64,000 bases of DNA from Vulcanimicrobiota bacterium (GTDB taxonomy: Bacteria > Vulcanimicrobiota > Vulcanimicrobiia > Eremiobacterales > Eremiobacteraceae): the NCBI GenBank assembly GCA_963812135.1, contig CAWETU010000001.1, positions 1,568,001-1,632,000 of the forward strand, given 5' to 3'. A model generated the notes under the pieces. It searched no databases. It was given only the letters and a program-made list of their open reading frames with translations, and was not told the DNA's origin. Shown piece by piece: positions 51,762 to 64,000 of the stretch (its first letter is position 1; every line of letters starts with the position of its first letter). The position numbers were made by a program, and so were the translations under genes.

Positions 51762-52852
51762 TCGCGATAGACTTGCGCCGTGCGCTCGGCGGTGCGATCC
51801 CACGTATACGCCGCCGCGCGAGCGCGACCGCGCGCACGCAGCTCGTCGATCGCGCTGCCGCCGGCGATGGTCTGCGCGAGGGCGCGCGCCAACGCCGCCG
51901 CGTCAAGCGGCGGGAACGTCAACGCCGCGTCGCCCGCGACCTCAAGCAGCGCCGGTGTTTGCGCCACGATCACGGGCGCACCGGCAGCCATACCCTCCAA
52001 AACCGACAAACCGAACCCTTCGTACAACGACGGCTGCACGGTGGCCGTGCAGCCCGCATACAGTCCCACCAGCTCTTCTTCAGAGACGTGACCGGGTCGC
52101 ACAATTCTGCCGTCGCTTTTGCGGTACCTATCGAGGTCGAACGCGAACGGCGTCGATTCGGAGAGGACCAAGTCGCATGCACCGCTGACCTGCTGCCAAG
52201 CGGCGACCAGGGTCTCCAGGTTCTTGTGCTCGCGATGGTTGCCCGCGTACAAGAGGTATGGGGCGCTCAATCCAAACCGGGCGCGCGCGACAGCGGCGGC
52301 GGTGGCGCGCTGCTCGTCATCGAGCGCAAAGCGCTCGCTCACGCCGAGCGGAACCACGCGCACCGCCGACGGAGCAGCGCCGAGATAGTGTTCGATGTCC
52401 GGTACTGTGGCGTGCGCATCGACGATCACCGCGGCCGCCCGCCGGGCGAGGGGACCGACCACCCACTGATAATACGGCTTGACCTTCCATTTGAAGTACT
52501 GCGGGAACCGGCGATGGATCAGGTCGTGAATGGTGTAGACGTAGGGCCTCGGTCCGAAGCGCGGTGCGTAGACCGACATGAAATGCGTCAGCGACCCGGC
52601 ACGCGCGAGATCATTGAGAACGCGAGCGTACGCGAACTGCTCGCCCAGCGACCCGTTCTCCGCGAGCCTCTCTTCGATGTCGACGCGTTCGACGCCGCCG
52701 GCGATCTCGAGCTGCGCGTTCGACGCGACGACGAACGCAAGATCGGGCGCCGCTTTGGGCAGCCGTTTGACGAGTTCTCGCACATAGGCGATCATGCCGA
52801 CGGACATCTGCCGGGTGATGCGCGCGTCGAGGACGATGCGCGGTGCGCTCAC
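51746..52852 (-). CDS. Glycosyltransferase family 4 (GT-B)
   Basis: TIHDL, HKNLETL, PSLYEGFGLSVLEGMAAG.P; GTG start overlaps the upstream TGA. Confidence 0.9.
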   Translation of the reverse strand: MSAPRIVLDARITRQMSVGMIAYVRELVKRLPKAAPDLAFVVASNAQLEIAGGVERVDIEERLAENGSLGEQFAYARVLNDLARAGSLTHFMSVYAPRFGPRPYVYTIHDLIHRRFPQYFKWKVKPYYQWVVGPLARRAAAVIVDAHATVPDIEHYLGAAPSAVRVVPLGVSERFALDDEQRATAAAVARARFGLSAPYLLYAGNHREHKNLETLVAAWQQVSGACDLVLSESTPFAFDLDRYRKSDGRIVRPGHVSEEELVGLYAGCTATVQPSLYEGFGLSVLEGMAAGAPVIVAQTPALLEVAGDAALTFPPLDAAALARALAQTIAGGSAIDELRARGRARAAAYTWDRTAERTAQVYRECLAR

Positions 52853-53619
52853 GGGTTCGGCGTGCCGCTCGAGCGACGCAGCGCCTTTGCCGCGACCGCA
52901 ACCGGGTAGAACGCGCTGCACCACGCGATGTACGCGCCGCGCCAACCGTCGGCGATCGCGCCGCGCCCGAGCAGCAACCACAACGCGCGCAGCGGCATCA
53001 CGGAGCTCGCGCTGATCAGTGCAAACACGTCGGGTGTCGCGGCCGCCGCCTCGATGTCGGTGTAGCGCGCGAACTTCGCGCGGTACTCTGCGAGAGAGTC
53101 GTACGAGTAGTGCTCTAGCGGGGCGTCGAGCGCACCGCTCGGGACCGCGACCGTCCATGTCTCGTGCAGCGATGCGGTCCCGTCGCCGCGGGCTTTGATG
53201 TTCGCGCGGCCGGTCCGGAACAGGCGCACGAGCCTGTCGGGCCACCAACCGGCGCCGCGTATCCAACGGCCGCAGAAATAGTTTCGGCGCGGTACCGAAT
53301 ACGCTTCGACGCCGTCTGGCGCGTCCAATCCGGTGAGTTCGAGCTGGAGCTCGGGCGTGAGACGCTCGTCCGCGTCGAGCATGAATGTCCAAGGCGTGTC
53401 CACCAGCGCAGCTGCGTCGAGCCGCGTTTGCGCGAATCCGCGCCACGGCGCGTCGACGACGCGCGCACCTATATCAGCAGCGACCGAGGCGGTGCCGTCG
53501 GTCGACGCCGAATCGTACACGAGCGTCTTCGCGTTCGCCGGGACCGACGCAAGGCAATCGCCGATGCGTGCGGCCTCGTTCTTCGTCAGCACGACGAAGG
53601 TGATGTCTGCGGGATCCAT
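52849..53619 (-). CDS. Glycosyltransferase family 2 (WaaE-like)
   Basis: VLTKNE, DSASTDGT, LDADE, WPD..RLF, HE. Confidence 0.9.
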   Translation of the reverse strand: MDPADITFVVLTKNEAARIGDCLASVPANAKTLVYDSASTDGTASVAADIGARVVDAPWRGFAQTRLDAAALVDTPWTFMLDADERLTPELQLELTGLDAPDGVEAYSVPRRNYFCGRWIRGAGWWPDRLVRLFRTGRANIKARGDGTASLHETWTVAVPSGALDAPLEHYSYDSLAEYRAKFARYTDIEAAAATPDVFALISASSVMPLRALWLLLGRGAIADGWRGAYIAWCSAFYPVAVAAKALRRSSGTPNP

Positions 53620-53630
53620 AGTTAGAGCGG

Positions 53631-55307
<1,677 letters not shown>

Positions 55308-55309
55308 CT

Positions 55310-55347
55310 AATAAAGAAGAACCCGGTCGTCAGACGACCCGGTTCTT
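55310..55347 (-). terminator. Intrinsic terminator just upstream of pyrG (possible attenuator)
   Basis: AAGAACCGGGTCGT-CTG-ACGACCGGGTTCTT followed by CTTTATT. Confidence 0.65.
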
Positions 55348-55431
55348 GGGGTTTTTGGGCGGCGGCGGCGCTCGCGCGCTTCACCATCGGCGAAGCGGTC
55401 CGGCTCAAAATACCCGGCACCCGGACGCACG

Positions 55432-56403
55432 TCATGTACTTGTCAATTCGTTCGGCTGGTGCGGACTCCTGCCCGACGGCGTCTGCGCTTCGCTCAGCCA
55501 ATCACGCGGCGTGAAGAATTTGAGCGCCTGTTCCTCACGGCTGCCGGGTGTGGCCTGCCAGCCGTATTCCCAGCGTGCGACCGGCGGCAGCGACATAAGT
55601 ATGGACTCCGTCCGGCCGCGGCTCGCCAGGCCGAACGCGGTGCCGCGATCGTAGACGAGGTTGAACTCGGCGTACCGTCCGCGCCGCAGCTGCTGGAAGT
55701 AACGCTCGGTATCGCCGTAGGGCTGGCTGCGCCGGCGTTGCGCGATGGGCGCGTAGGCCGGCATGAACGTCTCGCTGCAATCGCGGACGAAATCGAGCAG
55801 CGATTCCTGATCGCCACGCAGGTCGTCGAAAAAAATCCCGCCAACGCCGCGCGTCTCGCCGCGGTGCGGCAGATAGAAATATTCGTCGCACCAGCGCTTG
55901 AAGCGCGGATAATAGGAAGGATCGTGCCGATCGCAGACCGCTTTCCACGCCGCATGGAACGCTTTGGCATCCTCAAGTGTCGGGTACACGGGCGTCAGAT
56001 CCGACCCGCCGCCGAACCAACTGTCCGTGCCGCGTTCGAGATAGCGGAAGTTGGCATGAACGGTCGGCACGTATGGGTTGCGGGGGTGGAGCACGATCGA
56101 AATGCCGGTGGCGAAGAACTGGCGCCCAGGCGCTTGGGCGCGCTGCGAGCGCTCGAGACGGGCGATGGCTTCGTCGTCGAATTCGCCCCACACCGCCGAC
56201 CAGTTCACACCGCCCTTTTCGAAGAGATCCCCGTCCGCGATGACCGCCGTGTGCCCGCCGCCGCCGCCGGGCCGGTCCCAAGCATCAAGACGAAAGCGAG
56301 CCTTGCCGTCGAGCTCCGCAAGTTCTTCGCACAAGCGCGACTGCAAGGCGCGGAACAGCGCTTGCGCGCGCAGGCCGAACGGGCTGAACGACTGGTCCAT
56401 CAC
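55432..56403 (-). CDS. hemF: Oxygen-dependent coproporphyrinogen III oxidase
   Basis: EKGGVN, HPRNPYVPTVHANFR, WFGGG.DLTP, RGVGGIFFD, RRGRYAEFNLVYDRGT.FGL. Confidence 0.96.
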   Translation of the reverse strand: MMDQSFSPFGLRAQALFRALQSRLCEELAELDGKARFRLDAWDRPGGGGGHTAVIADGDLFEKGGVNWSAVWGEFDDEAIARLERSQRAQAPGRQFFATGISIVLHPRNPYVPTVHANFRYLERGTDSWFGGGSDLTPVYPTLEDAKAFHAAWKAVCDRHDPSYYPRFKRWCDEYFYLPHRGETRGVGGIFFDDLRGDQESLLDFVRDCSETFMPAYAPIAQRRRSQPYGDTERYFQQLRRGRYAEFNLVYDRGTAFGLASRGRTESILMSLPPVARWEYGWQATPGSREEQALKFFTPRDWLSEAQTPSGRSPHQPNELTST

Positions 56404-57261
56404 GCGACGATCACCATGCGGTCTCGGCCCGCCGCATCTTGTCTCACGTCGACGGCGCGATCGGGATATGCGCTGCGCGCTATGTCAGCGAGGCCTTGTG
56501 CGGTGGATGGGCCGCACTCACAATAGATCATTCCGCCGGGGCGCAGCCACAGAGTTGCGCGCTCGAACATGCGCCGGTAGAGCGCAAGTCCGTCGGGGCC
56601 GGCGTCGAGCGCGAGCGCCGGTTCGTGCGCGCGCACGTTTGCCGCGAGATCGGGATCCTGGTCGGCCACGTATGGCAAGTTCGCGACGATTGCGTCAAAG
56701 CGCTGGTCCGGCGCGAGCCCATCGAAGAGATCGCCGAAGCGGAGCTCGATGCGATCGCCGAGTCCCAATCCGTCGATGTTGCCGGCCGCGACGTCGAGCG
56801 CATCCCGGCTCACATCAGTGGCGACGAGGCGCGCGCGCGGCAGTATGTCGGCCAAGGCACACGCGATCGCTCCGCTGCCGGTGCCGAGCTCGAGGATGTC
56901 GGCGGTTCGCCCGCGCCAATCGTCCACGACCGCTGCCACCAGCTCTTCGGTTTCTGGGCGCGGCACGAGGACGCGGCGGTCGACGTGCAGACGAAGCCCG
57001 CAGAACTCCTTGAATCCAACGAGATATGCCACCGGCTCGCCCGCCTCGCGACGACGTACCAGCGCGTCGAGCTCTTCGCGCCGCCGCGGTGGCAGCCGAT
57101 GATCGCCGTAGGCGACGATCGCCGATGCATCGAGACCGGTGACGTGGCTGGCGAGGATCCGCGCGTCGAGCCAGGGCGTGCCTGACACGCCGAGCAGCCG
57201 TCTCCGGCTCGCTTCGACCGCCGCGGCGATCGTATCGGTGCGGACCGGGTAAAAGCGACGT

Positions 57262-57275
<14 letters not shown>
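56400..57275 (-). CDS. prmC: Release factor glutamine methyltransferase
   Basis: GEPVAY..G.KEF, LVPRPETE, ELGTGSG, ANLPY, HEP..AL; follows prfA. Confidence 0.93.
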
Positions 57276-58356
<1,081 letters not shown>

Positions 58357-58370
58357 CACGCTTGCCCGAA

Positions 58371-58396
58371 GGCCCGCGCGCTCGAGCGCGGGCTAC
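58371..58396 (-). repeat. GTAG-led palindrome at the rpmE stop (REP-like or terminator)
   Basis: Minus strand GTAGCCCGCGCTCGAGCGCGCGGGCC. Confidence 0.4.
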
Positions 58397-59163
58397 TTCG
58401 ACTTGGCCGCCTTGCTCTTGGCAGCTGGTTTCTTCGCTTTCGGCTCGGCGGTTTTCGAACGCTCGGCCTTGGTGGTCCGACTCGCGCTCTTGGCCTTCTT
58501 CGGCGTTTCGTCAGTCTGCGCGGCCTTCGAGCGGCTCGCAGGTTTGGTCTTCGCGGCTGCGCGCTTTGCCGTTTTGGGCTTAGCCGCTTCCACGTCTTCG
58601 ATCGCGATGGTTGCGACGGGAATCGCCTCTTGCGCTGCAGGTTCGCTGACGACAGCTGACGCGGCGCTTTCGGCGGCAGCGGTCGCAGCTGCCTGAGCAG
58701 CCTCTGCATCGCGCTGCGCTTTCGCTTGTTTTTCGGCCTCGCGCTTCGAGGTTTCCTCGGCGTGGCGCGTGGCGCTCGCCTCCGCTGCTGCGCGCTTTTC
58801 TTTTTCTTGCGTTGCGCGCTTCGAGGCTTCGGCTGCGTCGCGCGCGGTCTGCTCGGCTGCGGCGACCGCGGCCGCCTTGGCCGCTTCCGCTTCTGCCGCG
58901 TCGGCGGCGTCTTTCGCGACCTTGGCTTCTGCCGCGGCTTTGGCTTTCTTCGATTTCTTGCTCTCGACTGCGCCGTACTTCGTGACGAACTTCTCGACGC
59001 GTCCTTCGGTGTCGACGAATTTCTGCTTGCCGGTGAAGAACGGATGGCACGCCGAACAGATCTCCACGTGGAGTTTGTCGAGCGTCGAACCGGTTTGGAA
59101 TGTGTTACCGCACGCGCACACCACGGTGGCAGTAAACCACTTGGGGTGGATTTTCTCTTTCAC
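58393..59163 (-). CDS. rpmE: 50S ribosomal protein L31 (Zn-binding type) with long Ala/Lys/Glu-rich C-terminal extension
   Basis: MKEKIHP...CACGN...[24 protein letters not shown], then ~185 aa low-complexity tail. Confidence 0.93.
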   Translation of the reverse strand: MKEKIHPKWFTATVVCACGNTFQTGSTLDKLHVEICSACHPFFTGKQKFVDTEGRVEKFVTKYGAVESKKSKKAKAAAEAKVAKDAADAAEAEAAKAAAVAAAEQTARDAAEASKRATQEKEKRAAAEASATRHAEETSKREAEKQAKAQRDAEAAQAAATAAAESAASAVVSEPAAQEAIPVATIAIEDVEAAKPKTAKRAAAKTKPASRSKAAQTDETPKKAKSASRTTKAERSKTAEPKAKKPAAKSKAAKSK

Positions 59164-59339
59164 TAGGGTCCTCTCTCGCGCTGCCCGGCCGATCGTTCGG
59201 CGACTTTTGTCCCGCAATCGGCCACGTGCGCCAAAGGCTACTATATCATACTGCGCAAGCGGCTGCATAGGCCTAGACGGCGCGCGGCCCCGCGTGACAA
59301 GGCGTCTAGCTTGTTGGGGGCAACCCCGGGAGGACCGCC

Positions 59340-59633
59340 ATGGCTTGGCTACCGCTCGTCGGCACCGTGATGTCGCTCGTCACCTCCAAAGGCATCGACG
59401 TCGCGCAGCAGGCGATGATCCAGATGGACGAGACCAATCAACTGCTGCTGCAGGCGCGCGAGATGCAGCACCAAGAGGCGCTGGACAATCGGAGCGAGGT
59501 CTTCAATGAGGCCATCGCTGACCGTTCCGAGAGCATGCGCGAGCGCAGTCTGCTCGAAGATCTCGACATGACCGAGCGCAAGATCGACGACCGGATCACC
59601 AAGGAGTGGATCGGCTTGATCAAGGGTCAATAG
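59340..59633 (+). CDS. Small helical hypothetical protein
   Basis: RBS GGAGGA, 97 aa, coding-like codon use. Confidence 0.75.
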   Translation: MAWLPLVGTVMSLVTSKGIDVAQQAMIQMDETNQLLLQAREMQHQEALDNRSEVFNEAIADRSESMRERSLLEDLDMTERKIDDRITKEWIGLIKGQ

Positions 59634-59710
59634 GCAAAGCGGGACCTTCTCGCCAAGCTGGCTGACCCGTTTCGGGTCATGCACCCACGCAACTCCTGGA
59701 GGTCCCCAGA

Positions 59711-60154
59711 ATGAAAAAAGCGCTCGTATCGGTGGCTGCGTTCGCGGTCGCGCTTGCAGTCTTGCCGGCCTTGGCAGACCAAATGACGTCGGTGTCGGTG
59801 CCCATCCAAGCTCAAAACGGTTCCGGTCAAACCGGCGTCGCGACCCTCACGCCGACTACGGACGGCAAGACCAAAGTGGACATCGTGATGAAGGGCGAGC
59901 CGGATGGCGCGGTCGAGCCCACGCACATCCACAAGGGTCCTTGCAAGACGCTTACGCCAAAGCCTTCGTATCCGCTGAGCCCCGTGACGGGCGGCAAGTC
60001 AACGACCGTGGTGGACGTGCCGCTTGCGCAACTGCAGGCCGGAACGATGGCCATCAACCTGCATCAGTCCGCAACCGCGATACAGACATACGTCGCTTGC
60101 GGCGACATACCAGCGGCGACCGCACCAGCTCCGGCTTCCTCTTCGGGATACTAA
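59711..60154 (+). CDS. Secreted CHRD-like / His-Cys metal-binding protein
   Basis: Signal peptide; EPTHIHKGPC and AINLHQS...YVACGDI motifs; RBS GGAGG. Confidence 0.7.
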   Translation: MKKALVSVAAFAVALAVLPALADQMTSVSVPIQAQNGSGQTGVATLTPTTDGKTKVDIVMKGEPDGAVEPTHIHKGPCKTLTPKPSYPLSPVTGGKSTTVVDVPLAQLQAGTMAINLHQSATAIQTYVACGDIPAATAPAPASSSGY

Positions 60155-60170
60155 TCAGCGTCTGAGACGC

Positions 60171-60206
60171 GAGAGGCGCTGCCCGAGTCGGGCGGCGCCT
60201 CTTCTT
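60171..60206. terminator. Hairpin between convergent genes
   Basis: AGAGGCGCTGCCCG-AGT-CGGGCGGCGCCTCT then TCTT. Confidence 0.7.
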
Positions 60207-60762
60207 ATTCCTGATGCTTGTCAGCGGTCTCGAGCGAAAGCCGCGGCGTGCCGCGAGGAAACGTGCCATTCGGGTGCTTGTCAATGAACCTCTGTGCGAC
60301 CGTAACCATATACTCGAAGTTCTCCCACACCCGATCGCCAACACTGCCGCTGCGGACGATGGCGATCGCAGGTGTAAGGCTTCTCCAGGCCCCGATCACG
60401 TTAACCGACCAAAAATCGCAGACCACATCGCCGTCAGCCAGCCCGTGCTTGACGTAGACACCCATCGTCTCGTAGAAGTTGCAAATCGCATTCATACATC
60501 GAACGAGTTCATCGGACGAGGTGTCAGCTTTAAGTTCGGCGCGGAATTGGGGGTCTCTGAGCCGCTCGTCAAGCTCCTGCAAGAGGCGTCTTCGAGCGTT
60601 GACGAGTGCGGAATCGTCCCACATGTCTTCGAGTTTGGAAAGCGCGGTGATCTGACTGCTGCTGCGCATATGGCGCAGCTGGATTATCGCGGCGATCGCG
60701 GTTGCAGCGATGACGAGAAAGGTGCCAGCCGACGCAGCCAAACTCCAGACTTCAAACGACAT
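60205..60762 (-). CDS. DUF4760-like membrane-anchored protein
   Basis: N-terminal TM, AIIQLRH.R, CNFYE.MG..VK.G..D, WENFEY pattern. Confidence 0.65.
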   Translation of the reverse strand: MSFEVWSLAASAGTFLVIAATAIAAIIQLRHMRSSSQITALSKLEDMWDDSALVNARRRLLQELDERLRDPQFRAELKADTSSDELVRCMNAICNFYETMGVYVKHGLADGDVVCDFWSVNVIGAWRSLTPAIAIVRSGSVGDRVWENFEYMVTVAQRFIDKHPNGTFPRGTPRLSLETADKHQE

Positions 60763-60827
60763 CAAGGCGCTCCGCGTCCTACCCGAAACATAGACACCGC
60801 AATCCTTGCGGCGTCAAATGGGCATCG

Positions 60828-61028
60828 CTATTCATATCTGAAACCGCATGAATGGCACGCCCATCGAGGGCTATCCGCGGAGATGATGCAGCCTCCAAGC
60901 ACGACCTCGCCACGTGCCGCCGCGTTTGACATTTCCTCACCTGGGAGGCCGTAGCAGATCGGCAACGGTTGTGAAGCACCGCATCGCGGGCACGGTGGAC
61001 GCGTTTGAGCTGATTCGGCGGGCTCCAT
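60828..61028 (-). CDS. Small Cys-rich zinc-ribbon hypothetical protein (66 aa)
   Basis: CPRCG...PICYGLP...GEVVLGGC....SPRWACHSCG. Confidence 0.65.
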   Translation of the reverse strand: MEPAESAQTRPPCPRCGASQPLPICYGLPGEEMSNAAARGEVVLGGCIISADSPRWACHSCGFRYE

Positions 61029-61077
61029 GTTACCGTCAATCAGACGCCGCACTTGCTTGCAACGTCAAGGTTCTTTC

Positions 61078-61154
61078 TGGTGGGCGATCGAGGACTCGAA
61101 CCTCGGACCTCATCCTTATCAGGGATGCGCTCTAACCACCTGAGCTAATCGCCC
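61078..61154 (-). tRNA. tRNA-Ile(GAT)
   Basis: GGGCGATTAGCTCAGGTGGTTAGAGCGCATCCCTGATAAGGATGAGGTCCGAGGTTCGAGTCCTCGATCGCCCACCA. Confidence 0.97.
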
Positions 61155-61282
61155 GTGCGACCCAGTTTTCTCGAAATGCCACGGTTCTCCGGCAAGCCAA
61201 GCCGCCCTGCCGCCGACATGGGATTTGCAACGTGTCGAACGAACTGCTCGCACAACGAGCCCTCTCACGCGAGGTGTTCATC

Positions 61283-62950
61283 ATGCTGCCGGCTTGTCTC
61301 ACCGCGTTCGCAATCATTTGGATCGCGTCGGCGCCAGTTTCATCCGGCGATGGAAAAGCGGTCGGGTCTTCACCGTCGGCATCGCCCCAACCATCGGCTG
61401 CGCCGACCGCCGCCGCGACACCGCCAGGCATCACGTCGACCACCACGACCTTGAAGGCGGTGCTCGACATGAACCGGCTTGCGATCGGCAAAATGACGGC
61501 GCCCATACGCACAGATATCGAGACGGGCACCGTGAGCGCGTACGGGTTGACCGGCACGTATCGCGTGGCGATCGATCACAAGAACTGGCGTCGCTCGGAG
61601 ACGCTCGGTACGTTCACCACGCAATACGGCGAATACAACGGCGTCAAGTGGGATCAAAATGAGAACGGCCTCACGGTGACCCTGCATGGAGTGCACCAGC
61701 GCGACGAGATCAGCGCCCTCGCGCTTGCGAACACGCCGGGGACAGACGATCCCAGCGTCCGCCTGTTAGGCCAGGTCAGTGATCCGGTGCACGCCTACGT
61801 GATAGAAGTAAATCCACCGAAAGGCCGTCACGAATTCCTCTTCTTCAATCTGTCGACGCATCTGCTCGATCGCTCTGAGGAGATCACTTCGCAGGGGCGG
61901 CTTGTCTCCACGTTCGACGACTATCGCCGCGTCAACGGGAATATGGAGGCGTGGCATCGCCATTACTCCGACGGCCACCCGCAGAACGAATCCGACTACA
62001 CGACCACAGCCGACGATGTGAACGGCACAGTGGATCCGAGCGAGGTCGCGATGGCGGGCATATCCCGGGAGCTCGTCGAGTTCCCCGCAGGCGTGACCAG
62101 CGTCAGGCTGCCGGCCCATGTTGACTACGGCACGATCGTCGTGCGCGTCACCATCAACGGCCGCGGACTGGATTTTGCGCTGGACTCCGGCGCGAGCACG
62201 ATCGTCATCGATCGCGACGTCGCCAAGCAGCTCGGGCTCCAGACGTTCGGAAAATCATTTGAGACCACCGCCGGCCCGTACGAACAATCGAAGGCCGTGA
62301 TCCCTGAGATGTCGATCGGTCAGGTGACGATGCACAACGTCGTCGTCGACAGCCTGCCGTTCGCCATGGACTTCGAGCAAGGGACGAAGATCGTGGGGCT
62401 GCTTGGTTTCGACTTCATCGGCGATAACGTGGTCAAGGTGGATTACGATCACGGCGAAGTGGACGTCATGCAACACGATTCGTTCGCCGCGCCCCCTGAC
62501 GCGTCATACGTCGACGCGCTGCTCGATGATGGCGTTCCCATGGTGTCCGCCTCGATCAACGGTGCGATCGGCAACCACTTCATCCTCGATACGGGCGCCG
62601 ACGGCGTGATGATTTTTAACGAGTTCGCGCAGGCGCACCCCAGCGAGGTGGCTGATCTCGGCGAGGGCAGGATGCTGAACAGGTACTTGCGTTATCTGTC
62701 GGCGCAAGGCGTGGGAGGAGAGATCGAGCTCAGCGCCGTGCAGATCAAAGACTTCCTGTTCGGGCCCGTGCACTTCCAGCGCTTTGTCGCGTTTCGGACA
62801 AACTCGACGTCATTTCAGGGCGAGGACGCTGACGGGCTGATCGGCTACGACTTCCTGCGCTCGTTCAACCTCTATTTCGACTATGTCGATGGGCGAGTCT
62901 ATCTGCAACCGAACGATCTGCTGAAACGGACCGGCACGAAGATGCAATAG
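61283..62950 (+). CDS. Secreted protein with two retropepsin-like aspartyl protease domains
   Basis: FALDSGAS...GLLGFDF and FILDTGAD...GLIGYDFL; RBS GAGGTG. Confidence 0.85.
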   Translation: MLPACLTAFAIIWIASAPVSSGDGKAVGSSPSASPQPSAAPTAAATPPGITSTTTTLKAVLDMNRLAIGKMTAPIRTDIETGTVSAYGLTGTYRVAIDHKNWRRSETLGTFTTQYGEYNGVKWDQNENGLTVTLHGVHQRDEISALALANTPGTDDPSVRLLGQVSDPVHAYVIEVNPPKGRHEFLFFNLSTHLLDRSEEITSQGRLVSTFDDYRRVNGNMEAWHRHYSDGHPQNESDYTTTADDVNGTVDPSEVAMAGISRELVEFPAGVTSVRLPAHVDYGTIVVRVTINGRGLDFALDSGASTIVIDRDVAKQLGLQTFGKSFETTAGPYEQSKAVIPEMSIGQVTMHNVVVDSLPFAMDFEQGTKIVGLLGFDFIGDNVVKVDYDHGEVDVMQHDSFAAPPDASYVDALLDDGVPMVSASINGAIGNHFILDTGADGVMIFNEFAQAHPSEVADLGEGRMLNRYLRYLSAQGVGGEIELSAVQIKDFLFGPVHFQRFVAFRTNSTSFQGEDADGLIGYDFLRSFNLYFDYVDGRVYLQPNDLLKRTGTKMQ

Positions 62951-62968
62951 CTCGCCGCAACCGACAGC

Positions 62969-63970
62969 CTACTGGGTAATCGTGAGGACGCCATCGGTGC
63001 CGAAATCAACGGAACAGCCGTCATTGCCGTTCGAGCCGTTGTCTTCGGTGCTTCCTTTTAGCACGAACCCATTGTTCGTAGACGACCCGTTCGCCCAGCC
63101 TTGCACGATCGAAGTCACGTCGAAGGTCTCGGTCATTCCGGTTCGCTGCGAGCTTACGGGCATCGAGAAATCCCCGTCGTTGGGATATGGTGCGTTGAAA
63201 GTGTTCGTTCCGCCCTGCCAGTTCACGGTCGCGCGCCCGACGCCGCCGAAACACACGATCTTCCCAGTGGTCTCGGTAAGGGTTAGCGTGGCCTTCGTCG
63301 GTTTTGCGCCCGCAATGGCGCTTTGATCGAAGAGCAATGCAGAACGCAGATAGTAGTTATCATGATAGAGCCAGAACGAGTCGCCGTTTTTGATGTGCAC
63401 CCAACCCACGCACAGATCTAGGCAAGGACCGGTGCCGTTCTCGGGAACGTAGGTCGTCATGCCAACCCACTTGTACTCATACTTGCGCCACCCCCACCAC
63501 TTTGAGTGCAACGTGATCAGTGGTCGGGCTAGCGTCGTCATGCCTGGGTGCAACACAGCGTATGGGTTTGCGCATGCGACATTGAACGTCGCTTTGGGCG
63601 AGTAGACATCCGCCTGACCGCCGGCGATGTTGTGGACCCAGAGCTGGTCGAAGTTCGCACCCGTGCTGTTCGCTGGGATGCTGAATGAATCGCTCACCGG
63701 GAGACTGCCGCCGGACGGAATCGTGCCGGCTCCGACGCTCTGCACCTGTTGCACGCCGTTGATGAACCTATTGAAACTGTATTGAAACGTCGTCCCTGCT
63801 GTGCCGACGATGGTTCCGGAGAACGCCTCGGTGACCGGGCACTTGCCCGAATACGAGGGCGTTGTTGCAGTCAGGGTGGTCGTCGTGATGGCGGCATCAG
63901 CCGGCCTCGCGATCATGACGAAAAGCACCGCGGCGAGAAGCCCTGCGGCAGATACGGCGTTCCGAATCAT
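62969..63970 (-). CDS. Secreted protein with C-terminal DNRLRE/CBM96-like domain
   Basis: Signal peptide; RSALLFD...KATLTL and FDVTSIVQGW...NNGFVLK motifs; RBS AGGAG. Confidence 0.7.
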   Translation of the reverse strand: MIRNAVSAAGLLAAVLFVMIARPADAAITTTTLTATTPSYSGKCPVTEAFSGTIVGTAGTTFQYSFNRFINGVQQVQSVGAGTIPSGGSLPVSDSFSIPANSTGANFDQLWVHNIAGGQADVYSPKATFNVACANPYAVLHPGMTTLARPLITLHSKWWGWRKYEYKWVGMTTYVPENGTGPCLDLCVGWVHIKNGDSFWLYHDNYYLRSALLFDQSAIAGAKPTKATLTLTETTGKIVCFGGVGRATVNWQGGTNTFNAPYPNDGDFSMPVSSQRTGMTETFDVTSIVQGWANGSSTNNGFVLKGSTEDNGSNGNDGCSVDFGTDGVLTITQ

Positions 63971-64000
63971 TCCATGTCTCCTATTACAAGAAACGATACT

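Overview
High-GC bacterial chromosomal segment with almost all genes on the minus strand. Gene content and order suggest a diderm Terrabacteria lineage such as Ca. Eremiobacterota (inference only). The core backbone includes pyrR (partial), valS, tig-clpP-clpX, acs/satP, lepA, rdgB, tadA, mltG-ruvX-recO, a Bacillus-like rpsU-yqeY-nfeD-floA-phoH-ybeY-dgkA-hlyC-cdd cluster, pyrG, hemF and rpmE-prfA-prmC. There are 15 tRNA genes, an SRP RNA and many accessory secreted or lipoprotein genes. Several genes, including acs and ybeY, carry single-base indels that look like assembly errors. Most notable is a ~9 kb accessory block between valS and clpX. It encodes an N-terminal LuxR-HTH STAND ATPase/TPR regulator, two secreted TonB-C-like proteins, two Vgb-like propeller lipoproteins, an ASCH protein and an S8 protease. 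All four transcription units share an identically spaced promoter box (TGCG[G/T]A-N23-TAnnnT plus a 10-11 bp phased repeat), and both TonB-C genes share a structured 5' leader. Other highlights: an HNH nuclease gene whose stop codon abuts tRNA-Pro and which has an SOS-like box, sigmaH-like promoters, REP-like doublets, and an L31 with a long charged tail.
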